Positions 27,007-37,094 are shown, counted from the stretch's first letter. The stretch is DNA of 64,000 nucleotides from an uncultured Gemmatimonadales bacterium (GCA_963850905.1 CAWKMU010000003.1:2400001-2464000); one strand, 5' to 3'. Numbers and translations: made by a program. The notes: generated by a model not told the origin, from the letters alone.

Positions 27007-27533
27007 TGGCCGCCGAGGTGGCCGCGGCGCGAATTCGCCCTGCGATCTCGGCCGACCTCAATGGCGTCGTGGCCATCGAGCGTACGTCGTTCTCTGATCC
27101 GCCGTGGTCGCGAGCCGCGTTCGCGTCGCTGATCGGCGATCCGCAGGGACAGTTTCTCGTCGCGATCATCGAGGACCCGCCCCAGGACACAGTTGCGGGA
27201 CTGCCAGGATCGGCTGCGCTGCGCTCCACGGTGGCCGGGTACGTCGTGACGTGGGTCGCGGCCGACGAAGGTGACCTCTCCAACCTGGCTGTCGCGCCGC
27301 AGATGCGACGTCGCGGCCTCGGTGGCCGTCTCCTCAATGCAGCCATCGACAGTGCGCGGGCCGCCGGTGTCCGAGTGCTGTATCTGGAGGTCAGGGAATC
27401 CAACGCGATCGCCCTGAGTCTGTATGCGTCGCGCCGATTCGTCGCAGTCGGCCGCCGCCAGCGCTACTACCGGCAGCCAATCGAGGATGCGCTGATCCTC
27501 TGTCTCGACGTGTCGTCACCCTCGGGTGCCTGA
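27006..27533 (+). CDS. rimI: Ribosomal protein N-acetyltransferase
   Basis: IERTSFSDPPWS, NLAVAP..RRRGLG, LEVRESN, YYRQPIEDA; follows tsaB. Confidence 0.9.
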   Translation: MAAEVAAARIRPAISADLNGVVAIERTSFSDPPWSRAAFASLIGDPQGQFLVAIIEDPPQDTVAGLPGSAALRSTVAGYVVTWVAADEGDLSNLAVAPQMRRRGLGGRLLNAAIDSARAAGVRVLYLEVRESNAIALSLYASRRFVAVGRRQRYYRQPIEDALILCLDVSSPSGA

Positions 27534-27637
27534 TGGCCGTGCCATGACGGGCCTGCGTTCTCGCAATGGCACCACGCGCCCGACATGGGAGTAGATTCCA
27601 CCATGCCCAGAGAAACGACCAACGGCCGGGAGGGGAC

Positions 27638-28177
27638 GTGAGTCGGAGTTTGAACAAAGCATGTTTGATCGGCAACGTGGGACAGGATCCGGAGCTCCGC
27701 ACGACCGCGAGCGGCGTCCGCGTCGCCAACTTCTCTCTGGCGACGAGCCGGTCGTGGAGCGGTCCGTCAGGAGACAAGCAGGAGAAGACGGAGTGGCACA
27801 AGTGCGTGGTGTGGAACGCCCAGCGCGGAACCGGCGGCGGCCTGGTTGAAGTCGTCGAGAAGTACGTGCGCAAAGGCGAGAAGCTCTACGTCGAGGGCCG
27901 GATCGAGTACCGGCAATACCAGGATAAGGAAGGGCAAACCCGCTACGTGACTGAGATCAACGTGCGCGAGTTGCTCTTGTTGGGCGGCCGGGGTGGCGCG
28001 GCCGACTTGGACAATGCGTCAGGATCGACTGCGAGCGGCCGCAGCCGCCCGGCTCCTGCGCGGACAGCGGCTGGGGGACGCGCCGCGTCAAGCGGGACCG
28101 CCGGCGAGGGCGGGGGCGAAGACTTCGAGGATTTCCCCGGTGCGCTCGAGGAAGAAGACGACGACTTGCCGTTTTGA
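27638..28177 (+). CDS. ssb: Single-stranded DNA-binding protein
   Basis: SLNKACLIGNVGQDPELR, EKTEWH, C-terminal DDDLPF; SD gggagggg before the GTG. Confidence 0.96.
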   Translation: MSRSLNKACLIGNVGQDPELRTTASGVRVANFSLATSRSWSGPSGDKQEKTEWHKCVVWNAQRGTGGGLVEVVEKYVRKGEKLYVEGRIEYRQYQDKEGQTRYVTEINVRELLLLGGRGGAADLDNASGSTASGRSRPAPARTAAGGRAASSGTAGEGGGEDFEDFPGALEEEDDDLPF

Positions 28178-28200
28178 CCGGACGGTAAACGTACGTTTCT

Positions 28201-28241
28201 GAGGGCCGGTTGCGGTGTATCGCAACCGGCCCTCTTCACTT
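28201..28241 (+). terminator. Probable intrinsic terminator after ssb
   Basis: gagggccggttgcg-gtgtat-cgcaaccggccctc followed by ttcactt. Confidence 0.7.
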
Positions 28242-28388
28242 GGGTCGCGAGCTCAGCCGTTTCTCCCTGGCCCGTTCCGTCGTCTCCTCTGGACAGCCGA
28301 CTCGGGCCTGACGCCCGGGCATGGTGCAATTGCTGGCGGCGGCCAGGCCCCGAAGGGGTGGCTGCCGCGCCCCGTGGGGGACTGACTA

Positions 28389-29687
28389 ATGAAGGGAATG
28401 AGCCGAGCAGTACGGACCTGCGTGCGCAGCAGCCTCGTCGCCGTCGCGATCGTGGGTGCGCTGGCGACGACAGCGCGGGCGCAGGACTCGACGTTGGCGA
28501 ATGGTGTCCGGACGCACGCGGTGCATGCGGGCGAGACGCTGTGGGACATCGCACAGGCGTACCTCGGGGACGGGGACCTGTGGCCGGAGATCACACGGCT
28601 CAACCCGCGCCTCGTGCAGGATCCGCACTGGATCTTCCCGAACGAGATCCTGCGCCTCCCGCCGCGGCCGCCGGGGATGCCGGCCAATTCAGCGCTCGCA
28701 GCCGCAGCGCCGACCGCGCAGCAGCCGGCGTCACAACCCGGTGCACAGAGCGGTGCTCCTCCGACTCCGCCCCCACCGGCGAGCGCCGCGTCAGAGACGC
28801 CCGCTGTCGCGGCGGCTCCGACGGAGCCTGACACCGCGTCGAGTGCGCCCGCGGCGAACGATGAGGGATCTGCGGCGGCGCCCGGCGCAACGCTCTTCAA
28901 TCATCCGCCACAGGGGCAGAACCTGTTTGCAACGGGCGGTCGCACCGGCGGGATCGTGGCGCACCGTCGTGAGGGCGTCGCCGCTGGCGATCACAATGGC
29001 GCGCCATACATGGATCGTGACGGCGGCCCGAGGAATGCGGGCGAGGTGGTGGGCGTGGCCAATGTGTCCAACATCATCAGCGCCGCCGAGGTCGAGCACT
29101 ACGGCCTGGGTCAGGAGTTGTACATCAGAATGCCGCGCGGAAGCCGACCGGAGGTTGGCCAGCGCTACTACACCTATGCACTGGGTGAGTCGTTCGGCGA
29201 TCATGGCCAGGTCATTGAGCCGACCGGGATCATCATGGTCATCCAGCCCGGCAGCGGCAATGTCGCAACGGTCGCTCGCATCACGCAGCAGTTCGCGTAC
29301 ATGCAGCTGGGGCAGGGCGTGCTCCCCGTGGATCCGGCGATCCTCCCGAATTCGGCGCCGGCTCCGCTGACCGGTGGCGCCCAGGCACACGTCGTCTGGG
29401 TGGAGCACAACCAGGTGCTGCCCACCGTCGGGTTCTACGTCGTCCTCGACGCGCCAACCAACAAAGGCAGCGTGCGCGTCGGAGACCAGCTCACGCTCTT
29501 CCGGCCTCGCGAGAAACTGGAGTCCACGCGCGGCGACATGATCCTTCCGGAGAGTGACATCGCCATTGCGCAGGTCGTGCGCGTCACCCCCTACGGGATC
29601 TCAGCCGTGATCATCGCGCAGGACCAGCCAGCCGTGGAACCAGGGGTCACCGGGCGAGTGACGGCACGGGTGAACGCGGGGCAGTAG
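28389..29687 (+). CDS. Secreted LysM-domain protein, TsaP-like architecture
   Basis: Signal peptide, LysM HAVHAGETLWDIAQAYLG..WPEI..NP..DPHWIFP, Pro/Ala linker, beta-rich C-terminal domain. Confidence 0.8.
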   Translation: MKGMSRAVRTCVRSSLVAVAIVGALATTARAQDSTLANGVRTHAVHAGETLWDIAQAYLGDGDLWPEITRLNPRLVQDPHWIFPNEILRLPPRPPGMPANSALAAAAPTAQQPASQPGAQSGAPPTPPPPASAASETPAVAAAPTEPDTASSAPAANDEGSAAAPGATLFNHPPQGQNLFATGGRTGGIVAHRREGVAAGDHNGAPYMDRDGGPRNAGEVVGVANVSNIISAAEVEHYGLGQELYIRMPRGSRPEVGQRYYTYALGESFGDHGQVIEPTGIIMVIQPGSGNVATVARITQQFAYMQLGQGVLPVDPAILPNSAPAPLTGGAQAHVVWVEHNQVLPTVGFYVVLDAPTNKGSVRVGDQLTLFRPREKLESTRGDMILPESDIAIAQVVRVTPYGISAVIIAQDQPAVEPGVTGRVTARVNAGQ

Positions 29688-29798
29688 ACGACAGGGTTCA
29701 GGGGTCAGGGGTCGGGAACAAATCGAGAGGGCCAGTCACGAAGCTGTGGCTGGCCCTCAGTGTTCGTCGCCTTTCCCTGACCCCTGACCCCTGGTCCC
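29688..29798 (+). repeat. Palindromic intergenic element, GGGGTCA-arm type
   Basis: cagggttcaggggtcaggggtcggg-aacaaatcgagagggccagtcacgaagctgtggctggccctc...ccctgacccctgacccctgg. Confidence 0.85.
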
Positions 29799-29851
29799 GC
29801 AGTCAGATCCAACGCAATGCCGGATCTCGCTCCATTAGATTAGCCCTACCA

Positions 29852-30662
29852 ATGATTGTCGTCCTCGCCCTCCTGATCGCAGTGACGTGCTACGCGGCCG
29901 CGGCCGCGTTGGCGGTCACGCCGCTGGCCCGTCCGATCGGGCCGCCGGTCCAGGGCGTCGTCACAGTGTTGGGCGTCGGTGTGTTGGCGCATCTCATCGC
30001 GCTCAGTGTGACCGCGTATGGCGCGCATGAGCTACCCATTGCAGGGCTTGGTCCGGCACTGTCGGTTGCCGGGCTGACCCTGGCGGTCGTTCTGCTGCTC
30101 GCCGAATCGTGGGCGCGTGATGTGGTCTTGAGCCTGATCGGCGCGCCTCTGGCGGCCGGCGTCACGGCGGCAGCCGTGATGCTGGGGTGGCGCCCCGCGG
30201 GACAGCCCCGTGGCGCACAAGGCGCGTGGCTCGCCTCGCACGTGGCCGTCAGCTTCATCGGCATTGCGGCGCTCGCGACGGCAGCGGCCGCGGGCGCGTT
30301 GTACCTCGTCGAGCGTCGAGAATTGAAGTCGCGACGCTTCGGCTCTGTCTTTCGATCGTTCCCTCCGCTGCAGACGCTCGATCGCGTGAACCACCTCGCT
30401 GCGGTCGTCGCGTGGGTGGCGTTGACGTTGGGGATGGTGCTGGCCGTGAGCTATACCATCGCGTATGGCCAGACGGCGAGATGCGCAACTCGTGTGGGGC
30501 GGCGTCGCGTGGTTCGCTGCGGCGGTGCTGGCAGGCACGCGACACTGGGGCGGGTGGCAGGCGCGGCGCGCGGCGCTGGCGTCAACCATCGCGTTCGGAG
30601 TCGTCGTCGCGTCATACTTCGCCGCGCGCGTGTGGGCCGCCCGCCCGGGGCATTTCCTCTGA
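29852..30662 (+). CDS. Cytochrome c assembly protein CcsA/HemX-like (frameshift near 30480)
   Basis: Multi-TM; WLASHVAVSFIG, LYL..ERRELK, FPPLQTLDR, GWQARRAA; sits upstream of sirC-hemA. Confidence 0.8.
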
Positions 30663-30723
30663 TGCTTGTGGGGAACGAGCGCCTCGCCTGCGCGCCTGAG
30701 CGTCCCGCGCGGGACCGTGCCGC

Positions 30724-31365
30724 GTGAGTGGCTACCCCGTGCTGCTCGAGGGGACTCGAATCGAAGCGCTTGTGGTGGGCGGTGGAACGGTCGCGTGGCG
30801 CAAGGCGCGCGTGCTCCTCGAGTGCGGGGCGCGGGTGCGGATGGTTGCGCCCACGATCTGTCCGGCGGCGCGCGAAGGCGCCCTCGCTTTCGCGAAGCTC
30901 TCCGTCTTCGAGCGCGCGTACGTGAACGATGACATTGGGAGCGCCACGCTCGTCGTCGCCGCGACGAATGTGCGAGCGGTGAACGCGCAGGTGACGGTTG
31001 ACGCGTCTCGTGCATGCCGGCTGGTCAATGTCAGCGACGCGTCCGCCGACGGACACTTCGTGACCGTTGCCGCCTACCGTGCGGACCCGCTCGTCGTCGG
31101 CGTGTCGTCCGGCGTTCCGCAGGCGGCTGCGCGCATTCGCGATGCGATCGCGACCCGATTCGATGCGCGCTTTCGCGTGGCCGTGTCGGCGCTGGCGGCG
31201 TTGCGGCGTCGGCTGCTGTCGCGCGGCGATGCCACGGGTTGGCGAGCGGCCGAGTCGGCCTTGATTGATGATCGCTTCTGCACGCGGGTCGAGGACGGTA
31301 CGTTCGCGGCGGGGCTCGCCGAGTGGGAGGCCGGAGCGGCGCACTCCCCGGGAGAGCGGGCATGA
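30724..31365 (+). CDS. Precorrin-2 dehydrogenase / sirohydrochlorin ferrochelatase (CysG N-terminal, SirC/Met8-like)
   Basis: YPVLLEG, VVGGGTVAWRK, VAATN, LVNVSD. Confidence 0.85.
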   Translation: MSGYPVLLEGTRIEALVVGGGTVAWRKARVLLECGARVRMVAPTICPAAREGALAFAKLSVFERAYVNDDIGSATLVVAATNVRAVNAQVTVDASRACRLVNVSDASADGHFVTVAAYRADPLVVGVSSGVPQAAARIRDAIATRFDARFRVAVSALAALRRRLLSRGDATGWRAAESALIDDRFCTRVEDGTFAAGLAEWEAGAAHSPGERA

Positions 31366-32813
31366 CCCTGGTCACCGCCGGCATCAACCATCGGACCGCG
31401 CCCGTCGAGGTGCGGGAGCGCTGCGTCTACACCGCGCGCGATGTCGTGCCGGCCATCGCGGAGCTTCGTGCGGCCTCGGGTGCGCGAGAGTGCAGCGTCC
31501 TCTCGACCTGCAATCGCACCGAGTTTTATCTCCTCGAAGGGGCGGATGACAGCGCACCGGCCATCTGGACGCTGCTGTCAGAACGCCTGGGCCGCGCCGC
31601 GGAGCCGTACGGGTACCTCCGGCGCGATCGCGATGCGGCCCGGCACCTGATGCGGGTCGCAGCCGGCCTCGACTCCATGGTGTTGGGCGAAGCCCAGATC
31701 ACGGGCCAGGTCCGCGAAGCGTGGGAGCTGACGCGTGGACAAACAGGCCCGGTGCTCAATCGGCTGTTTCAGAGCGCCCTGTCGGTCGCCGGTCGTGTGC
31801 GTGCCGAAACGGCGATCGGTCGCGGCGCGGCATCGGTCAGCTCGGCGGCGGTCCTGCTCGCGAAGAAGATCTTTGGATCGCTGCAAGGGCGACGCGCGAT
31901 GATCCTGGGGGCGGGAGAGATGGCGGAGCTGGCGCTGCAGTGTTTGCTCGCCGAGGGGGTGCGTGCTGCGCTGGTGGCAAACCGCACGTACGAGCACGCC
32001 GAGGAGATGGCGCGACGCCACGGCGCGGTCGCGTTGCACTACGATGACTGCTGGCTGCAGCTCGGCATGGTCGATCTCCTCATCTGCTCCACCGCTGCCC
32101 CCCACCATGTCGTCACTCGCGGGCAGATCAGCGACGCACTGGCGGACCGCGGCGACCGCCCGCTGTGCATCCTCGACATTGCGCTCCCGCGTGACGTCGC
32201 GGCGGACGTGGGAGAGCTCGAGAACGTCTTCCTCTATGACCTCGACGACCTGCGGGCGGTCGTCGCGGCCAATGTCGACCTTCGACGAGCCGAGCTGCCG
32301 TCTGCGGAACAGATGATCGAGGAGGAGGTGGAGCGGTACTGGCACTGGCTTGCCGGACTGGCCGCGGTGCCTGTCGTCGCGAGCGTGCGCACAACAATGG
32401 AGCGCTTGCGCTCGGACGAGTTGGCAGATCTGCTGCGCCGCATTGGCGAGCTCACGCCCAAGCAGCGAGAGGCCATCGAGCACTTCTCTCGCTCGCTCAT
32501 GAACAAGTTTCTGCATCAGCCCTCGGTGCGCCTGCGCGCGGCGGCCGCGACGACGGATGGGATAGGAGTCGTCGAAGCCGCGAGGTACTTGTTCGCGCTG
32601 GATGAGTCGCGGCCCGCGGGCTCGGAAACAGAAGTGTGGCCGCAGCGCGGAGACAGTGAGCGGCAGGCGACGAGTGACCGTGCCGATGCGCGTGTCGGCC
32701 GTGATCCGGACGACGTTCGCTCGTCACCCGAGGAGCGCACGCGAAGCCGCCCGGCCAATGCGAGGTCGGCCCGGGACAACGTCATCACCCACCAGACAGA
32801 GGCGAGGTCATAG
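31362..32813 (+). CDS. hemA: Glutamyl-tRNA reductase
   Basis: GINHRTAPVEVRE, LSTCNRTE, GLDSMVLGEAQI, GAGEM, DIALPRD. Confidence 0.96.
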   Translation: MTLVTAGINHRTAPVEVRERCVYTARDVVPAIAELRAASGARECSVLSTCNRTEFYLLEGADDSAPAIWTLLSERLGRAAEPYGYLRRDRDAARHLMRVAAGLDSMVLGEAQITGQVREAWELTRGQTGPVLNRLFQSALSVAGRVRAETAIGRGAASVSSAAVLLAKKIFGSLQGRRAMILGAGEMAELALQCLLAEGVRAALVANRTYEHAEEMARRHGAVALHYDDCWLQLGMVDLLICSTAAPHHVVTRGQISDALADRGDRPLCILDIALPRDVAADVGELENVFLYDLDDLRAVVAANVDLRRAELPSAEQMIEEEVERYWHWLAGLAAVPVVASVRTTMERLRSDELADLLRRIGELTPKQREAIEHFSRSLMNKFLHQPSVRLRAAAATTDGIGVVEAARYLFALDESRPAGSETEVWPQRGDSERQATSDRADARVGRDPDDVRSSPEERTRSRPANARSARDNVITHQTEARS

Positions 32814-33794
32814 ATGGCGCAACGGGTGCTGGTCACCGGCGGTGCGGGGTTCATCGGCTCGCACGTCGCGGATGCGTTCTTGACTGCCGGCCATGCCGTC
32901 ACCGTGCTTGACAACCTCGCGACCGGACGCCGCGAGAACGTGCCGGCGGCCGCCACCTTCGCGGAGCTCGACGTCACGGCGCCGGAGACGGCCGCCTTGA
33001 TTCGGGACGGCCGCTTCGACGTGATCGCCCACCTCGCGGCCCAGATCGATGTGCGGCGCAGCGTGGCGGACCCCATGTTCGACGCCCACACGAATGTGTT
33101 GGGAGCACTGCGGGTCCTCGAGGCCGTGCGTGGCGGTCCGGCTCGAACGCGCGTCATCTTCGCGTCGACGGGAGGGGCGCTGTACGGCGACTTTGCCACA
33201 CCGCCGAACGCCGAGACGGTGCCGAAGGATCCGGACTCTCCCTACGGGATCGCGAAGTTGAGCGTGGAGTACTATATGTCCTATTTCGGACGTATCCACG
33301 GTCTCGAGACGGTCGCGCTCCGGTTCGCGAATGTCTACGGACCGCGGCAAGATCCTCACGGCGAAGCGGGCGTTGTCGCGATCTTTTGCGCGCGGCTCCT
33401 GGAGGAGCGGCCACTTACGGTATTCGGTGATGGGCGACAAACCCGCGACTACGTCTACGTGAAGGATGTCGCCCTGGCCAACGTGGCGGCCGCGGGGTGT
33501 TCGCTCCAGCCGGCTGGACGGGTCGACGACCGTGCCTTCAATATCGGTACGGGCGTTGAGACCTCCGTGAAGGATTTGGCGGCCACGCTGGGGCGGGCGG
33601 CTCGCCAGACGCCCAAGATCGAGTTCGCGCCGTCACGCGCCGGCGAGCAGCTGCGCTCCGCCGTCGCGGTGGGGAAGGCGGCGACGGGCTTGGAGTGGCG
33701 GCCCCGCATGACACTGGAACAGGGACTCGCCGAGACGTATCAATGGTTTTCGACACGTCTCGCAGGAGAGGCGGCGGCCGGCGGGCGCCGATGA
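32814..33794 (+). CDS. NAD-dependent epimerase, UDP-glucose 4-epimerase-like
   Basis: VTGGAGFIGSH, HLAAQIDVRRSV, STGGALYG, YGIAK, NVYGPRQDPHGEAGVVAIF. Confidence 0.88.
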   Translation: MAQRVLVTGGAGFIGSHVADAFLTAGHAVTVLDNLATGRRENVPAAATFAELDVTAPETAALIRDGRFDVIAHLAAQIDVRRSVADPMFDAHTNVLGALRVLEAVRGGPARTRVIFASTGGALYGDFATPPNAETVPKDPDSPYGIAKLSVEYYMSYFGRIHGLETVALRFANVYGPRQDPHGEAGVVAIFCARLLEERPLTVFGDGRQTRDYVYVKDVALANVAAAGCSLQPAGRVDDRAFNIGTGVETSVKDLAATLGRAARQTPKIEFAPSRAGEQLRSAVAVGKAATGLEWRPRMTLEQGLAETYQWFSTRLAGEAAAGGRR

Positions 33795-33904
33795 CAGGTC
33801 GGGTCGAGCGCGACTGCCGGATGGCAACGCGCATACATGGAGAGGAGAGAGGAGTGGCGAATGGAGCGTACTGATCGGATGGCCGTCGAGCCGCAGGGGA
33901 CCGC

Positions 33905-34651
33905 ATGATCGGCGGCATGATGCTGCAAGTCGCGTCGGCGGTGCCAAACTCGCCGTGGGGACTGGTCCTCGGATCGACGCCCGTGACCAAGGGCGTGGTC
34001 ATCCTGCTCGCGGCTCTTTCGTTGTTCAGCTGGACGGTGATGTTCGCCAAGTGGGCGGAGTTCGCGAGCGTGCGTCGCCGCTCCGCGAAGTTCCTGGCGA
34101 AGTTCGAGCACGCCGAGCGATTCAACCAGGCCCTGTCGATCGCCGCGCGAGAGAACCCGAATCCCTACACGCGGGTGCTCCGTCGCGCATCGGAGTTCTT
34201 GACGCTGGGCGATATCGGGTACGCCACCGGCTCGCCGCGCGGCTCGGGCGGAGTGGCTGCGGTGGCCACGCAGGAACTGAGCGGGTCACAGGTGGAGGCG
34301 TTGCGGCTGATCCTCGACTCCGAGGTCAACACGGAACGCGACCGGCTCGCCCGCTTCATCCCATCGCTCGCAACGATCGGATCGGTCAGTCCGCTGATTG
34401 GCCTGCTCGGCACCGTACTCGGCGTCATCGACGCGTTCGTGGGTATCGCGACCCGCGGCTCGGGCAACATCGGCGCGGTGGCGCCCGGCGTCGCCGAAGC
34501 GCTCATCGCCACGGCCGCCGCCCTCTCGGTCGCGATCCCAGCGGCGTTCGGCTACAACATTTTTGCCAACCGGCTGAATGGATTCGAGAGTCAGCTCGAT
34601 GGCTTCGGCACGTCGGTGATCGCGCTCATCGTACGCGATCATGCGTCGTGA
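33905..34651 (+). CDS. tolQ: TolQ/ExbB proton-channel protein
   Basis: LATIGSVSPLIGLLGTVLG, VAPGVAEALIATA; first gene of the tol-pal block. Confidence 0.88.
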   Translation: MIGGMMLQVASAVPNSPWGLVLGSTPVTKGVVILLAALSLFSWTVMFAKWAEFASVRRRSAKFLAKFEHAERFNQALSIAARENPNPYTRVLRRASEFLTLGDIGYATGSPRGSGGVAAVATQELSGSQVEALRLILDSEVNTERDRLARFIPSLATIGSVSPLIGLLGTVLGVIDAFVGIATRGSGNIGAVAPGVAEALIATAAALSVAIPAAFGYNIFANRLNGFESQLDGFGTSVIALIVRDHAS

Positions 34652-34672
34652 TCACATGCAGGTTCGTCTGAC

Positions 34673-35089
34673 ATGGCTCTGAGCCGCCGCCGCAAGTCAC
34701 GCACGCCGCTCAATGCGGAGATCAACGTCGTCAGCCTGATCGACGTCATGATGCTGCTCATGGTGATCTTCATGATCACCGCGCCGATCATGCAGGGTGG
34801 GGTCGACGTGGCGCTGCCAAAGGCCAAAGCGACACCGCTGGAGGAGAAGAGCGGACTGGTCGTGACGATCAACGCGAAAGGCGAGATCTACGTCGATCAG
34901 ACGAAGCTCAGCTACCCCGAGTTCCGCGCGAGCTTTGCCGCGCTGTCGACGCGGCGCGCCAAGCAAGGCGTGTACCTTCGGGCCGACCAGTCGGTCCCGT
35001 ACGGGACGGTCGTCCAGGTGCTCGCGGTGATGCGGAGCGCGGGAGCGCCGAACGTGGGGCTCGTGGCGGAGCCGGAGGATATCAAGTAG
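34673..35089 (+). CDS. tolR: TolR/ExbD protein
   Basis: AEINVVSLIDVMMLLMVIFMITAP, LRADQSVPYG. Confidence 0.88.
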   Translation: MALSRRRKSRTPLNAEINVVSLIDVMMLLMVIFMITAPIMQGGVDVALPKAKATPLEEKSGLVVTINAKGEIYVDQTKLSYPEFRASFAALSTRRAKQGVYLRADQSVPYGTVVQVLAVMRSAGAPNVGLVAEPEDIK

Positions 35090-35793
35090 TGGCGACGCAG
35101 TCTCCGCGGCTCGTGCTGCCGTTCGGCGCCGCCGCGGCGCTGCACGTGGGGGTCCTCGCCACGATTCTGGTGCTGTCTCATCGGCCGGCGGTCGTCCTGC
35201 CGCCGATCTACCGCGTCGACATCATCGGCGCTCCAGCTGCGCCCAAGCCGGCTGCAGGTGTCGTCCCCACGACGCCAGCGCCGCCAACGCCGCAGACGCA
35301 GACGCCGCCGCCCCCAGCCCACGCGGCGCCTCCGAAAGACAACGTCGTGCCAGTGCCGAAGGCGGCGTCCAAACCGCCGCCTCCCAAGGCGACGCCCACA
35401 CCGGCCACGACCAAAGCGGCCCCACCGACCGCGCACGCCCCCGCCGCGGCCTCGAAGTCCGGGGGCGCCGGCGCGGACGTCGCCAACGTCCATATCGAAG
35501 GCGTCGAGTTTCCATATCCCTGGTATCTCGAGAACATCGTCCGGCAGGTCGCGCTGAATTTCTCGCCCGACAACCCGGCGGCGAACCTGCACGCCGAGGT
35601 GGCGTTTCTCATCAAGCGTGACGGCTCCGTCGTCGATATCCGCTTCGTAGAGCGATCGTCCGATTATGGCTTTGATCTCGAAGCCCAGGGTGCCATCGAG
35701 AAGGCATCGGGATCGTTCGGGCCGCTCCCTCAGGGCTTTCCTGATGATGTGCTGCCAGTCGTTTTCAGCTTCGATCCGAGGTTACTACACTGA
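35089..35793 (+). CDS. TolA/TonB-like protein
   Basis: N-terminal TM with His, Pro-rich linker, C-terminal TonB_2-like domain (FPYPWYL..F.IKRDG..SS.YGFD). Confidence 0.8.
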   Translation: MATQSPRLVLPFGAAAALHVGVLATILVLSHRPAVVLPPIYRVDIIGAPAAPKPAAGVVPTTPAPPTPQTQTPPPPAHAAPPKDNVVPVPKAASKPPPPKATPTPATTKAAPPTAHAPAAASKSGGAGADVANVHIEGVEFPYPWYLENIVRQVALNFSPDNPAANLHAEVAFLIKRDGSVVDIRFVERSSDYGFDLEAQGAIEKASGSFGPLPQGFPDDVLPVVFSFDPRLLH

Positions 35794-35825
35794 TTCGCTC
35801 AACTCTCCGCGGTGCGTTCCTGGTC

Positions 35826-37094
35826 GTGCTCATCGGCTGCGCGATCGCGTCGATATCTCGACCCGCAGGTGCACAGGACACCACCCGCGGCGTCCGTATC
35901 GGGCTGCGGTACACGCCCGGCACCAAACCCGGCGTCGTCGTCCTGCCGATCCCCGGCGTTGGCGGTGACTCGGCACGCGCAATCCTTCAGCGAGACCTCG
36001 ATTACGACGACGCCGTGCAGTTGATTTCGCTCGCGGACTCGGGCACCCTCGTGGCGAGTGTGAACTACCCGCTGTACGACAAGCTCGGGGCTGCGGCGGT
36101 GGTGCAGGCGTTTCTCGCCCCCAGCTCCCTGCACGTCATTGTGCACGACGTGGCGGGCCGCAAGGTCGCACAGGTCCGCGATTTTACCGTGCCTTCCGCC
36201 GCCAATTCCCCCGATTGGCGGATGGCCATCCACGGCGTGTCCGACGAACTGAACCTCTGGTTGACGGGCGCCAAGGGCGTGGCGCAGACGCGGATATCCT
36301 TTGATCGTGACGGGCAGATCTATATCGTCGACAGCGATGGCGCGAACGCGCGCCCCGTCACGTCCCGCGGCAGCGATCCCCTCTCCCCGGCCTGGCATCC
36401 GAGTGGTCGCTACCTGACGTACAGTGCGTTCACGCCGCGCGGCACGCAGATCATCGTGCAGGACCTGGCAACCGGGACGACCCGTCCGCTGTCAACGACG
36501 CCGACCGGACTCAACATCACGCCAGTGTTCTCGCCAGACGGAAATTCGATCGCGTACTCGCACGGCGACGAGAACGGCACTGACGTGTTCATCGCGCCGG
36601 CGTTCTCGAGCGACCCCGGACGACGGGTGACGGTGGGTCACGGGACCGACAACACGGAGCCGACGTTCAGTCCGGACGGACGGCGTATCGCGTTTACGTC
36701 AGGTCGCCCGGGGCACCCGGAGGTGTATATTACCGACGTCGACGGCACCAATCCCGAACTGCTGACCCCGTACGAGTTTGGAGACGATTACTATCGAGCC
36801 AGTCCAGACTGGTCGCCCGACGGCCGCTTGATCGCGTACGAGTCGCGCGTCAGCGGGCAGTTTCAGGTGATGACCATCAGCCTGAACGGCGGTGCGATCA
36901 AGCAACTCACGAGCGACGGCATCAACGAGGATCCATCGTGGGCGCCGGACAGTCGGCACGTCGTCTTCACGTCGAATCGGAGTGGCGTGCGGCAACTGTG
37001 GGTGCTCGACGTGGAATCGTCGCGCACGCGACAGCTGACATTCGGCGGCGCCGCCCGGTTGGCTGCGTGGTCACGGGCGCTGGGCGCACCCTGA
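35826..37094 (+). CDS. tolB: TolB periplasmic beta-propeller (start may be CTG 35790)
   Basis: PD40 repeats (SPAWHPSG, PVFSPDG, PTFSPDG, PDWSPDG, PSWAPDS). Confidence 0.92.
   Translation: MLIGCAIASISRPAGAQDTTRGVRIGLRYTPGTKPGVVVLPIPGVGGDSARAILQRDLDYDDAVQLISLADSGTLVASVNYPLYDKLGAAAVVQAFLAPSSLHVIVHDVAGRKVAQVRDFTVPSAANSPDWRMAIHGVSDELNLWLTGAKGVAQTRISFDRDGQIYIVDSDGANARPVTSRGSDPLSPAWHPSGRYLTYSAFTPRGTQIIVQDLATGTTRPLSTTPTGLNITPVFSPDGNSIAYSHGDENGTDVFIAPAFSSDPGRRVTVGHGTDNTEPTFSPDGRRIAFTSGRPGHPEVYITDVDGTNPELLTPYEFGDDYYRASPDWSPDGRLIAYESRVSGQFQVMTISLNGGAIKQLTSDGINEDPSWAPDSRHVVFTSNRSGVRQLWVLDVESSRTRQLTFGGAARLAAWSRALGAP

Noticed and set aside
28201..28234. ssb hairpin (GAGGGCC...GGCCCTC) as a member of the heptamer-arm family
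   Set aside because: It shares only the outer 7 bp of the core and has no arms; treated as an ordinary terminator
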